DNA of 47,708 nt, counting the filler, from Jimgerdemannia flammicorona (Eukaryota), in the NCBI GenBank assembly GCA_003990765.1. It is 2 parts of 2 records of this genome, joined end to end, with 100 filler letters (N's around TTAATTAATTAA, not from the genome) between each part and the next. Parts side by side here need not be neighbours in the genome. Positions count along the whole stretch, not along the records: positions 23,906 to 47,708 come from RBNJ01001063.1; 1 more part is not named here. One strand, given 5' to 3'. A model generated the notes under the pieces. It saw only the letters and a list, made by a program, of their open reading frames with translations, did no database searches and was not told the origin of the DNA. Within the stretch, counting starts at the first letter, position 1; each line of letters opens with the position of its first letter. The translations under genes and the position numbers were made by a program. Below are positions 25,469 through 37,900 of the stretch, piece by piece.

Positions 25469-27604
25469 TGTAACAGTGACCCCAGAATGATAACATCAGC
25501 ACAGGAGACAGTCTTTCCTTGCAAGTTACCAGATTAGAGTATAAAAAGATTATATAGTATACAAGATGAGCAATAATGACCAACTGTGAGTCATTATGAC
25601 TACAGTATAATATCTTGAGGAATATAAAAGAAGGATCAAAGAACCACAATAGCAGCAACCAACAAGACTTACTAATCTCAAAATACATAGCTCAAAGACT
25701 TACTATAAACAAAATGCCTGCTGCTTGCCAAACCTCAAGGTCAAGGAACTACTAAGGTATCTCAGTTGAAGAAAGGATGTTCCAAGACATCAGAAGATGA
25801 GAATCTACTCAAGAAGGACTCCTAGTATTAACCAGGGTACTAGTGACCCTTATCACTATATCCTCTACTACCATGAAATGGAAACAAGAATCACCATTGC
25901 TACCAAATGTCTCCAAATGTGGCAGAAGTATGAAATAGGAAACCTCTTCTGTTGGGAGTTTCTACAGGCCAGCACTCAAGAGCTACAAGATATGAACCAC
26001 CTTCATAGATATATGTGAAATAAGAACAGTTAAGAAGATCCATCAGATCTTCAGATATGTACCATAATCAATCTCCAACTTGGAGTATGTTAGAGTCTCA
26101 GATTTCAGAAACCTGTCATCCTGCCATATCAATGCACTAGAAGCCAGGGTGACTACAGAAGCCCAGTCCACTATCACTCTCAATAGTGATGAAGTAGAAG
26201 ACTTTTGATATTCCATCCTTCAGAATAACTCAGACCAATTTCTATAAGGATTGATCTCAGTATTCCAAGGTCCAAGTATCCAGGTTAGACCCCTATAAGA
26301 TCCCACATTTGTCTCTTATTTTGTGGAAGAGAATCTCATAGATTGGAGAGCCCCTGACCTCCCCACCACTGAACATAATGATATCATTGGCAATGATATC
26401 ATCCTATGCAATATCAAAGCATGCGAAATGCATAAAGATAAATTCACAGACCTCATCTCTTTCAAAGACATCCTGACCTCTGATGATGAAGATAAAGCCC
26501 CCATGATCCTGAACATTCTGCTCTAAGTTTCTTGTTATACTGGATAATACCAACACTGGTATTCTGAGATACATAACACTGGATAGTACTCCAAATGAGT
26601 CAATCCAGATAGGATTCGGATGGATTCAAATTCCATCTGGATCAACTCAAATTGGATTCAAATCCCATCTGGATCAACTCAGATTGGATTCGAATCCCAT
26701 CTGGATGGATTCGAATCAACCATTGTTTTGATTTCCAAATTGGACAATTAAATGTTTACATCAATAACTCGATGAATAATCATCTAAATTTGATGATCTT
26801 GGTGTCATTTGAAAGCCCTTAATAAGGTCTTTCTAATGATATCAAGAACATTAACATCGGATTACGTGTTGCTGAGATATTAAGGAAAACAATCTATTTG
26901 ACGAAATTTCCAAAATCGGCGATTCAGACAGTTTCCTTCATAACTCAGCAACGCATGATCCGATTTAAATATTCTTAATATTATTAGATAGGCCTTATTA
27001 AGGGCTTTCAAATGACATCAAGATCATCAAATTTGGATGATTATTCATTGAGTTATTGATGTAAACATTTAATTATCTAATTTGGAAATCAAAACAATGG
27101 TTGATTTGAATCCATCCAGATGGGATTCAATCCAAATCAATCCGAATCCAATCTGGATTAAATTGACTCATTAGGAGCACTAATACTGGATAATGCCAGT
27201 ACTGGTATTCTGATGTAATACTGAATTATACCAGCATTCTGAACCTGTACAACTATTAGTGCCGACTCTGGAACTTAGTAGTTTTTCCTGACCTGGTATT
27301 TTATTTTAATTATTGGAATTTATATTTAGCTTTATATCTTAGCAACCATTGAATTATATTTTATATAAACACTCCTCTTATTTCCTCTGAAATAAAGTCA
27401 GTTCCTCTCAGTACAATATATACACTTCCTTATAAGTAATCTAAGAGATAACAAGATAGTTTAAAGATAAGAAGTTTGAGGACTATAAGATCTTAGGAAG
27501 GCACTTCAATAAGAACTTGCTTATAACAAACTTGAGTTAGTCTAAGAGATATACTTTGAAGAGAATCTGGCATATTTGAAGAACTCAGCAACCACTATGT
27601 AACA
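25469..27604 (+). repeat. 5' LTR of copy C (contains ORF-X 25714-26526 and a MITE insertion)
   Basis: TGTAACAG...ATGTAACA followed by a decayed PBS. Confidence 0.92.
26584..27182. mobile_element. hAT-type MITE, 599 bp, almost wholly palindromic
   Basis: TIRs TAGTACTCCAAATGAGTCAAT / ATTGACTCATTAGGAGCACTA; 8-bp TSD ACACTGGA (26576-26583) / ATACTGGA (27183-27190); absent from the other four family 1 LTRs. Confidence 0.85.
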
Positions 27605-27723
27605 ACTTAGTGTCTATTGACTGATGATTGAAGATAAATCTCTCACTTTTAAGCTGAAAAACAAACAATCCTACAACAACTACCCTGACTACAAGAGTCA
27701 CCTCTGTAAGAATTCAAGACAAG

Positions 27724-30164
27724 ATAGAAATATGTCCCCCCACATTCTATGGATATACTACTAAAGAGTCAATTCTGACCTTCATTGATGACTTTGAACA
27801 ATTTGCCATCATATGAGCTCTTAGTGTAGATATACAATTGGCCCTTCTACCAGTCAGCCTCAGAGGACCTGTCAGAGATAAGTTCAATATAGCTACTATT
27901 GCTGATGCTGGTACAGCCAAACTTGCCAACATGAAGGCCTTCCTCAGAACAATATATTATACTGAAGAGATCAAGCAAGCTCTCAAGGATCAACTCAATA
28001 TTATCTGCCAGAGACTTAGTGAAGATCCCAACTCATTCTATATCTGAATCTATTACCAGATTGTCTTGGCTGGCTATAATGATACCCTTAAGGAACAAAT
28101 AGTAGATTCAATCTTTCTCAAAGGAGTTTACTCTGAAATTGCCCTAGCAATCTGGTCTACCCCAGCTGCACTAACCCTTGATCAGAAAGTGGTCTTTGTA
28201 TAGAGATATTGGACTGCCAGACACTCTGCTGAACACTTAATAGAGAAAATAACTAGCATCAAGATAGAGCCATCAAAGCCAACTGGTATCATACCTACTA
28301 TAGTTATAAACAGACAACCAACCCCACCTATCCCCAAGGCAGCCAAAGCTGACCCAGTAGAGGAACTCACCAAGCAGTTTGCTGAGATGACTGCATATCT
28401 TAGTGATATTGTTAGAGAAGTCCAAAGCACCAACAGGAGACCAGTGCAGAGATTTACAGCTGTTACAAAAGAATGCAATATCATATGTTTCAGATGTGGA
28501 GAAGAAGGCCACTATGCAAAGAATTGCATAACTGAAACAAGATGCAAGGCCCAACCAAGCAATGCTAGCAGAACCAGAGAACAAACCAATATAGTAGTCA
28601 TTGAGGAGATTGGTGATACTGATGATGAAGAATACTATGAAGAGCTCAAATTCTACCCTGCTACTGAAGATACCAGAACCCAGTCCAAGCCCTATGACAG
28701 GAAGAGCAACAGCAAGCCAGTTGGAAGACCAAAGAAGACCCCAGCTGTCACTATTCAAAGTAAGACCCAACCCAAGGAGATTGATCAAGATATGGAGTTA
28801 GATAAAACTGTCTGCCAAATCATTGAAGACACTACTCCAGTCTCAGGAGAAAGTGAAAGCAAGAAGAAACAGAAACTGCATAAGACCAAGATCCACCAGT
28901 ATGATATCTACAAGAATCTCAAGGAACAGAAGGTCAATGCTACCTTTGGACAGCTAGCTGAAGTCCCTGCCTTCAGACAGCAGTTGAGAGTAGGACTTGC
29001 AACTACTGCTAAGAATCAAGAATACAAGATTGTAGAAGCTCACAATGTACAGGAAGAATACAAAAACTCAGATGAAGAATCTGAAGACCAGTGCAAGACA
29101 TCAGCCTATACCCTATGTCAGATCGAAGATTATATCTTTGATGCCATCATTGATATCAGTGCTAGAGAATATCTCATAAGCAAGAAGGTAATTGACCACC
29201 TAGGTTGGGACATTGAAGAGTCTATCAAGATGGTCTATATTACAGCAGATGGTATATGAGCTACCCCCCTTGGCAAAATCCAAGAAGTCCCCATCAAGAT
29301 AGGAGGAGCTACCATTCCAGTAGATGTGATTGTTACAAGTGCCACCAACTATGACATCCTCATTGGCAACCAATGGCTTCACAAGGCTAAGGCCATCATT
29401 GACCTCAATGCCCAGAAGATGCAGATCAACTATAGAGGAAGAAAGGTACAAGTCTCTATCAATGTCCACAAAGAAGTCCTACCAGATATAGAGGAAGGAG
29501 ATGAAGAGGACACAGAGGTCTTTATGTATTCAGTAAACAAAAACAAGAACAAGACACCTAAGCTCACAGATGAGCAGTAGTATAACAAGATCATTGATAG
29601 CTATATCCCTTAAGGAAGATACCCCCATGATACTAGAATGTACTGCTCTGAACACCTGAATGACTGCTGGTTCTGTATCAGTGAAGTCAGGAAAATCTGC
29701 CAACAGAAACATGAGCAAGAAGCTGCCAAAGCAAAAAGAAAAGCTGAAGATGACCAGCCCCCAGAGCTTCAGGCTGACAGTGATGATGAGGAGGAATAAG
29801 AATCAGACATCACCCTCAAGGTCAAGAAGTTTCACCCTGAAGCCAAGATCCCAGAATATAAAACTGAAGGAGCCATAGGAATAGACCTTGTCAGTATTCA
29901 AGATACTACCCTTAAACCACAGACCACCACTCTACTTGATACTGGAATTGGAGTCAAGCTGCCAGAAAATCATGCCAGAATTATCAAGATCAGGAGCAGT
30001 CTGGCCAAAAGCAAAATCTCAGTTGAAGGAGGAGTAATTGACCCTGATTACACTGGTGAGATCTTCCTCATAATCAGGAATCACAACCCCACTACCTTAT
30101 TCAAAGTCAAGAAGTATAACAGAATTAGCCATATGCTGATTCATGAAATCAAGAAGCCTAAGAT
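27724..30164 (+). pseudogene. gag: gag-PR-Cys/His domain-dUTPase pseudogene (copy C), truncated by deletion
   Basis: ORF 28387-29259 with CFRCGEEGHYAKNC; protease YDILIGNQWL; dUTPase GGVIDPDYTGEI. Confidence 0.9.
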
Positions 30165-31134
30165 GGAAGAAAACCTGTGCTAATTTGTCAAAGGGTATGA
30201 TAAGTGCCAAAAACAGAAACAAGATCAGCAAGACCAGGTATCCAGATCATCAAGAATTGAGCCTATTCCCTTCCACCACATCCCAATAGATATCATTGGG
30301 CCACTACCAGTAATACTATCAGGAAACCACTATATTATAGTTATTGTAGACCTCTTCACCAAATGGATAGAGGTAGGAGTATTACAAGAAGCCAATGCTC
30401 TCTCTATAGCTGACTTCCTGCACTGAGAAATTATCTGCCACTACAAGACACCAAGGCAAATCACAACAGACCATGGCACAGAATTTGTCAATAGATTCCA
30501 TGAGATAATATATCAGAAATACAAGATCCAGCACATCAATACTACTACATATCATCTTCAAGAAAATAGACAGATAGAGAGAACCAACAAGACCCTCAAG
30601 AACATTCTGGTAAAGATCTCAGAGACATACGAGAATTGGGATAACTACCTCCCAACTACCCTCTCTATTCTACAAGACATATGGTTACAGAGCACACACT
30701 TTACTCCAAGAGAACTGCTCTTTGGAGAAGAAGATTCTGATGGAACCTCAGCTACAAATCTAGACCTAACTTGGAGATGGATTGATGTAGAAATCCAGAG
30801 ACTACACTAAATCAGAAAGAAGACTGAAGATTATATCATCAAGTTACAAGCGCTGATAAGAAAGAATATGGAAAAGAATCACAAGATTCTAAAACTCATC
30901 TGAATTGGAGAAAAGGTCCTACTGTATCGAAATATGGTAGAAGCCTCATGGTTGTGAAAACTGGAGCCCAAATGGGAAGAACCCTTCTATATATAAGATA
31001 TCAAGAGAACTACTTTCTGGCTTAGAAAAATCTCAGGGACTATATTGCCTACCACAGTACATAGGAACAGACTCAAGAAATATCACGAACCTATACAAGA
31101 GAAGCAAAATATATGACTGCCCACAAGATTCTAG
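30157..31134 (+). pseudogene. int: Integrase remainder (copy C)
   Basis: DIIGPLP, VDLFTKWIE, TDHGTEF, KLEPKWEEPF. Confidence 0.9.
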
Positions 31135-31159
31135 TCTGCAAATTGTAACAGCATATCCC

Positions 31160-31426
31160 ATGACCAGCAGACTATCTGTCTGGACCATTCTCTAAGAGAT
31201 ACAGCACCAGCAACTACTTATCTGTGAGACTTTCAAAGTCAGAGAAGTTTGAACCATCAACTGATTGGTCAAGATCAGATCAGGCCCTTGCTCTATATGA
31301 AGGGAGTGACCCTTCACCATCATACCAAAATACAAAGGAAAGATGTCAGCTCATAAATACTACTTTTCAACCCCTTGCCAGAGGTTATGAGATTAGCAAA
31401 TTTTTCAGAACTAGACCAATAAATAA
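31160..31426 (+). pseudogene. Putative small post-integrase ORF-Y (88 codons); equivalent in copy B at 18623-18890
   Basis: ATG-to-TAA frame without indels in C. Internal stops are transition-derived, and B has TGG/CAG/TGG at three of them. Confidence 0.45.
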
Positions 31427-31428
31427 GA

Positions 31429-32514
31429 ATGCTTGAGAATATTCTTATTTAGGAGGAAGATGTAACAGTGACCCCAGAATGATAATATTAGCACAAGAGA
31501 CAGCCTTTCCTTGCAAGCCACCAGATTAGAGCACAAGAAGATTATATGGTATATAAAATGAATAATGATGACTAACTGTGAGTCATCATGACCATAGTAT
31601 AGTATCTTGAGGAATATAAAAGAAGGATCAAGGAACTGCAGTAGTAGTAACTAACAAGACCCACTAATCCCAAAATAGCTCAAAGACTTACCACAAATAA
31701 AATATCTGCTGCTCACCAAACCTCAAGGTCAAGGAACCACTAAGGTATCTCAGTTGAAGAAAGAATGTTCCAAGACATCAGAAGAGCCATGAGGACCTGC
31801 TCAAGAAGGACTCCTAGTGTCAACCTGGATACTAGTGACCCTTATCACTATATTCTCTACTGCTGTAAAATGGCAACAAGGATCACCATTGCTACTGAAT
31901 ACCTCTAAATGTGACAGGAGTACAAAATAGGAAACCTCCTCTGCCAGGAGTTCCCACAGGCCAGTACTTAAGAGCTACAAGATACCACCTCTATGGATAT
32001 ATATGAAATGAGAACAGCTAAGAAGATCCATCAGATCTTCAGGCATATATCATGGTTGATCCCCAACTTGGAGTATGTTAGAGTCTCAGATTTTAGAGAC
32101 CTGTCATCCTACTGTATCAATATACTAGAAGCCAGAGTGACTACAGAAGCTCAGTCCACTATCACTCTCAATAGTGATGAAGTAGAAGACTTCTAGCATC
32201 CTATCCTTCAGAACAATCCAGACCAATTTCTGCAAGGATTGATCTCAGTATTCCAAGACCCAAGCATCTAGGTTAGACTCCTACAAGATCCCACATTTGT
32301 CCCTTATTTTGTGAAAGAGAACCTTATAGATTGAAGAGCCCCCAACCTCCCCACCACTAAACATAATGACATTATTGGTGATGACATCATCCTGTACAAC
32401 ATTGAAGTATACAAAATGCATAAAGATGAATTTATGAACCTCATCTCCTTTGAAGACATCCTGATCTCTGATGATGAGGATGAAGTCTCCATGATCTTGA
32501 ATATTCTGCTCTAA
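31429..32514 (+). pseudogene. ORF-X of copy C, reading from an ATG upstream of the PPT into the 3' LTR (361 codons)
   Basis: Single frame from ATG 31429 through the PPT and LTR start to TAA 32512-32514; only transition-type stops. Confidence 0.65.
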
Positions 32515-32946
32515 GTTTCTTATTATACTGGATAATGTCAGCACTGGTATTCTGATGTAACACTGAATTATACCAGTATTCTGAATCTATACAACCATCA
32601 GTGCTAACCCTGGAACTTAGTAGTTTTTCCTGACCTAGCATTTTATTTTAGTTATTGGAATTTATATTTAGCTTTATATCTTAGCAACCATTGAATTATA
32701 TTTTATATAAATACTTCTCTTATTTCCTCTGAAATAAAGTTAGTTCCTCTCAGTATAATACATATACTTCCTTGTAAGCAATCTAAGAGATAACAAGATA
32801 GTTTAAAGATAAGAAGTTTGAGGACTATAAGACCTTGGGAAGATACTTCAATAAGAACTTGCTTATAACAAACTTTAGTTAGTTTAAGAGATACACCTTG
32901 AAGAGAATCTGGTATATTTGAAGGACTCAGTAACTACTATGTGACA
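31461..32946 (+). repeat. 3' LTR of copy C
   Basis: TGTAACAG...ATGTGACA. Confidence 0.95.
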
Positions 32947-33051
32947 AAATATAGAGAATACTAAGCTAATTTACTAAAAGATAAGATCAATTCTATCAAT
33001 ATACTGAAGATAGCTCAGAGAGAAGATCAAGTAGATAGAGAAAGCTGATAT

Positions 33052-33113
<62 letters not shown>

Positions 33114-34337
33114 ATTAATTTATAGTTATTACTAATATACTAGTCTTAAAGAAAGAAAGTAAGTTATTCAAAACTCTATATATATTATAAAAAACTCAAT
33201 AAAATAACCAAAAAGAGCCAATAGTCCTTATCATTAGCAATATCTTAGTTATACTAGAAAATAAAGCTTAATACTATATTATCTTAAATCTCTACTTAGA
33301 ATTCTATCAAATCAGACTTATTAAAGAAATTAGTAAAAGATCAATTTTTAATATCTTAATAAAATCTATATTTATCTATAAATACTATTCAGAATATATA
33401 AATAAACTTAAGAAAATTTATACTAAATAAACTATATAATTGTGAGTCTATAATATAACTATTATACTACTTAAGATTAACTAATATCAATATAAATACT
33501 TTCTTATAAATACTCTAAAGAATATATATCTAGTAAAAATAATATAAATAAGAAGCTTTACTATAGGATTATTACTTATCTGAGATAGTATAAGATATCT
33601 CAAAATCTGAAAAAAATAAATATAAATAATTATTAATAAAACTTAGAAATAATGAAGAAATATTTAAGAAAGAAAAACTACTAGTTATATCTAAATATAA
33701 AAAAGAATAAGAAATAAAGTCAGTATAGAGAAACTTGCTAAGAAGTTTACTGAAATAACTCTCTCTCTAAGAGATATAGTGAAGAAAATCAGAAGAAGAG
33801 ATTGTTGCCTAGTTCAGAAGTTTGCTACTACTATAAACAAAAAGAAAGAAATCTGCTATACTTGTGGAGAAGAAGGCCACTACTTCTATGAATGTATAAG
33901 TGAGACTAAGTATAAGACTCAGTTAAATAATGTTATTAAAAACTACAAACAGATCAATACTATTATCTTTGAAGAGATTGGAGATTCAGAGAAAGAGAAA
34001 TAATAAGAAGCTTATCTAGCCCTCATCTCTAAGAAAAATATCAATTAGAAATTCTATAAGAGGCCATTAGAAAGATCCAAGAAGAAAGTAGTAGAATATT
34101 CTATAGAAGAACAGATAGAAGTATCTATAGAAATTAAAGAAATAGATCAAGATATAGAACTTAAACAAGTAGTTGAAGATATCATCTGAGGCAATACTTT
34201 TGCTAGTAAAGGAGAAAAGGAGAAGAAGCTGTAAAATAGTAAGACCTTCAAGTATATGTAATATCTTCAAGAATCTCAGCCAGCAAAAAGTCAATGCAGC
34301 CTTTGGATAGTTAACAGAAATCTCTATCTTTAGATAG
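32947..34337 (+). pseudogene. Very AT-rich relics of a family-2-like element: RT N-terminus (to ~33400), RH/IN junction (33400-33715), gag C-terminus (33720-34337)
   Basis: Colinear with the corresponding parts of D; CYTCGEEGHYFYEC knuckle in ORF 33779-34003. Confidence 0.75.
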
Positions 34338-34813
34338 TGTGACGGTACAGCCAGATTTGGAAGAAGAAAATAGGGAATAGACACTTGATCGCACTCATTC
34401 CCAAAGTAGTATAGCATTATAGTTAGCAGTCCTCGATTTCGACATTGTCTAAATTCTTAGACATTGTCTAAATTTTAGACATTATCCAAATCAGATACCC
34501 CGATTTAGTATAGCATTTAGACATTGTCCAAATGTTTTGACAAAGTCCAAATGACTCATTTATTACTTAGCCACCCTCTCATAGCTAGCAAACTTGTATA
34601 AATAACCCAGTATCTTCGAGTGAATAAACCTCAGATTGAAATAGTTCAAAGCAAAGAGATAGCAAAGGAACTAGTAAGTCTGTGGGCAGATACACTTCAA
34701 ACTCACCCACCCTCCCCTGCCACTTCAAGAGACTCTGCGAGAGTCAGAACAGTCAAGTTTTCAAGATACAGAAATCTGACGTACTTTCAAGAGTAAGTGT
34801 CTGCTATGTTACA
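34338..34813 (+). repeat. 5' LTR of D
   Basis: TGTGACGG...ATGTTACA; matches 40595-41070. Confidence 0.96.
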
Positions 34814-34816
34814 ACT

Positions 34817-34833
34817 TGGTGCCCATTGGCTGG
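34817..34833 (+). promoter_or_regulatory. tRNA primer binding site TGGTGCCCATTGGCTGG
   Basis: 3 nt after the LTR, starts TGG (complement of CCA); isoacceptor not identified. Confidence 0.85.
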
Positions 34834-34927
34834 TAATTCAAGACGAATCCCTCACTTTCAAGCTGAACAACGAACAACCGCCACTATCCGAATAACCATA
34901 CAAACCGAGCCCCAATACCTAGACAAG

Positions 34928-37900
34928 ATGGATATGAGACTGCCAGTATTCCATGGATATACCTCAGATGAATTGATCATCACCTTCATTGATGATTTCG
35001 AGCAGTATGCTGCCGTAAGGACTCTGACAGCAGCACAGCAAGTAGCCCTCATGCCCTTCAGCCTATGAGGCCCTGCCAGAGCAGCATTCACAGCCGCAAC
35101 CTATGCAGGAAATGATGCTGATGCCATACTGATGGCATAGAAGATCTGGCTCTGAAACACATATTACACAGACGAGATCAAGCAAGCCCTGAAGGATCAG
35201 CTCAATACAACATGCCAAGGAATGAGCAAGGATCCAAACACATTCTATACCAGAATTCGATATCAGATAATCCTTGCAGATTATGCTGCTGCTACCCGAG
35301 ATCAAGTAGCTAAAGCAACCTTCATGAAAGGAGTCTATCCAGAAATAGCCATGGCTATCTGCTCATCACCAGTGATTCTAGATCTGCTACAGAGGGTCAC
35401 CTATGCTCAGCGATACTGGATAGCCAGACACCCACAAGACCATATAATGGAGAGAGTTACAGGAGTCAGAATCGAGGCACCCAAGGCAACCAGTGTGATC
35501 TCCACCACAATGATCAATCGAAACACACCTCAGCCAAAAGCTACCAAGCAGCAAAAGAACAGCAACCCTATGGAGGAACTTGCCAAAAGGTTTGCTGAAA
35601 TGACTGCCCACCTGGGAGATGTGGTAAAGGAAATCTGAGGAAGAGATCGCCACCCTGTTCAGAAGTTTACCGCCACCTCAGACAAGAAGAAAGGTACCTG
35701 CTACAGCTGCGGAGAAGAAGGCCACTACTCCTATGAATGTATGAGTGAAACCAAATGCAAGGCTCAACCAAGCAATGCTACATGAAACAAGGAGCAGGCC
35801 AATATAATTACCTTTGAGGAGATCGGAGATTCTGACGAAGAAGAATGGGAGGCCTATCCTGCTCAGACCACCAAGAAGGATGTTCACAAAGAACCCTACA
35901 AGAGACCGCCAGGAAGACCCAAGAAGAACCCAGTGGAAAAGCAGATGGAAACTGCCACAGAAAGTCAAGCCGAAGAGATGGACCAGGATATCGAGCTGGA
36001 GCAAGTAGTTCAAGATATCATCTGAGGAACCACTCCAGCCAGTAAAGGAGAAAAAGGAAAGAAGCTTTGCAAGACCAAGACCTTCAAGTATGATATCTTC
36101 AAGGATCTCAGTCAACAAAAGGTCAATACAACCTTTGGTCAGCTTGCAGAAATCCCAACATTCAGACAGCAAATGAGGTTTGGACTAGCCGAAATAACCA
36201 AGGAACAAGGATGGAAGATAACCGAGGCCAATAATGTTCAAGAGGACTCAGGAGAAGAAAGTGAGGACAATCGCAAAACCTCTGCTTATGCAACATACCA
36301 AATTGAGGATTGAGTCTTCGAGGCCATCATTGATACAGGAGCAGGAGGATGTCTCCTCAGTAAGAAAGCAGCAGACCGCCTAGGCTGGGATGTGGAAGAA
36401 GCAACTAAGCTAGTATTCGTCACAGCCGATGGCACAAGAGCCACACCTCTGGGAAAGATCTGAGATGTTCCCATCAAGATCAGAGGAGCAACAATCCCAG
36501 TGGATGTAATCATAACCAATGCCACCAACTATGACATCCTCATCGGCAATCAATGGCTTCACAAAGCCAAAGCGGTAATTGATCTTAATGCCCAGAAGAT
36601 GCAAATCACCTACAGGGGACAGAAGATACGAATTCCCATCAACGTCAACAAAGGAGTCCTGCCCGATATGGAGGAAGAAGAGAGCGAGCAAGAGGAAGCT
36701 TATATGGTGACTACCACAAAGAAGAAGAAAGTTGGATGGATGAGTGAAGAAGAATGGTGCAAGAAGATCGCAGAAGGCTACACCCCACAAGGAGTCTGTC
36801 CTCATGGAATCAAGATGTACTATATGGAGCATATCAATGATTGCTACCAGTGCACCATCGGAACCAGGAAGATCTACCAGGAAAGAAGCCAGAAAGCTCT
36901 CAAAAAACAGACCATGGAAGAAGAGAAGGAGGAAGATGATGAACCACCAGCCCTCCTAGAGGGCAGTGATGATGAAGAAGAAATCAAGGTCAAGATTTGA
37001 AAGATCCACCCTGACGCAGTCTTGCCAGAATACAAGTCAGAAAATACAGCCAGAATGGACATCACTACAGTAGAAGAAACTGTACTCGAACCCCAGACAA
37101 CCACCCTACTCGCAACTGGACTGGAGATGACCATCCCAAAGGATCATGTCGGGATTCTCAAGACAAGAAGCAGCCTAGCTAGAAGCGAAATCACAATTGA
37201 AGGAGGAGTCATTGATTCAGACTATACTGGAGAAATTCTACTCATTGCTAGGAACCACAATCCTACAATTCCATTCCCAGTCAAGAAGAAGGACCGATTG
37301 GCACAGATATTGATCTTCCCAATCATACAGCCAAGGATCATAGAAGTCAAGAATCTGGAGGAAACGAAAAGAGGAAAGAAAGGATTCGGATCCACAGGAA
37401 GAGGAGTATTCGCCAGCACCAAGATCACTGAACTCAAGCATAAGAAGGAGGAAAACACAAGCAAGCACAGTTACACAATTGGAGATGAATTCCCACTCAA
37501 GGAGGAACTCAAGAAAATACTCCACAAATTCAAGGATGTCCTTGCCACGGATTTCAAGGATATCAAGAGAAAGACCCCACACTACTATCACGAAGTAGAT
37601 ACTGGAGACACCAAACCAATTTATCAGAAAGCAAGACCTGTCCCACCAGCCTACCAAGAATGGCTCAGAGAAGAAATCAAACAGATGGAAGAAGCCGGTA
37701 TCATCAAAGAAGCCAGCAGCCCCTGGTCTTCACCAGTTGTACTAGCCCCGAAAAAAGGAAGCAAACCTGGAAAATTTGCCCCAAGACTCTGTGTCAACTA
37801 CAGAAAGCTCAATGCAGTCACCAAGAAGGATCGCCAACCACTGCCGCTCATCAGTGACATCCTTATAACACTAGGAGACGAAGCACAGTACTACAGCACC

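Larger units (their letters stand above)
25469..32946 (+). mobile_element. Ty3/Gypsy family 1 copy C, internally deleted, TSD AAAT
   Basis: Paired LTRs; PPT AGGAGGAAGA 31451-31460; AAAT at 25465-25468 and 32947-32950. Confidence 0.95.

Noticed and set aside
33056..33111. 56-nt poly(A) as a LINE/SINE tail
   Set aside because: Both flanks are colinear with RT (..GIIKEAS..), so it is an expanded A-run in decayed sequence or a homopolymer error.
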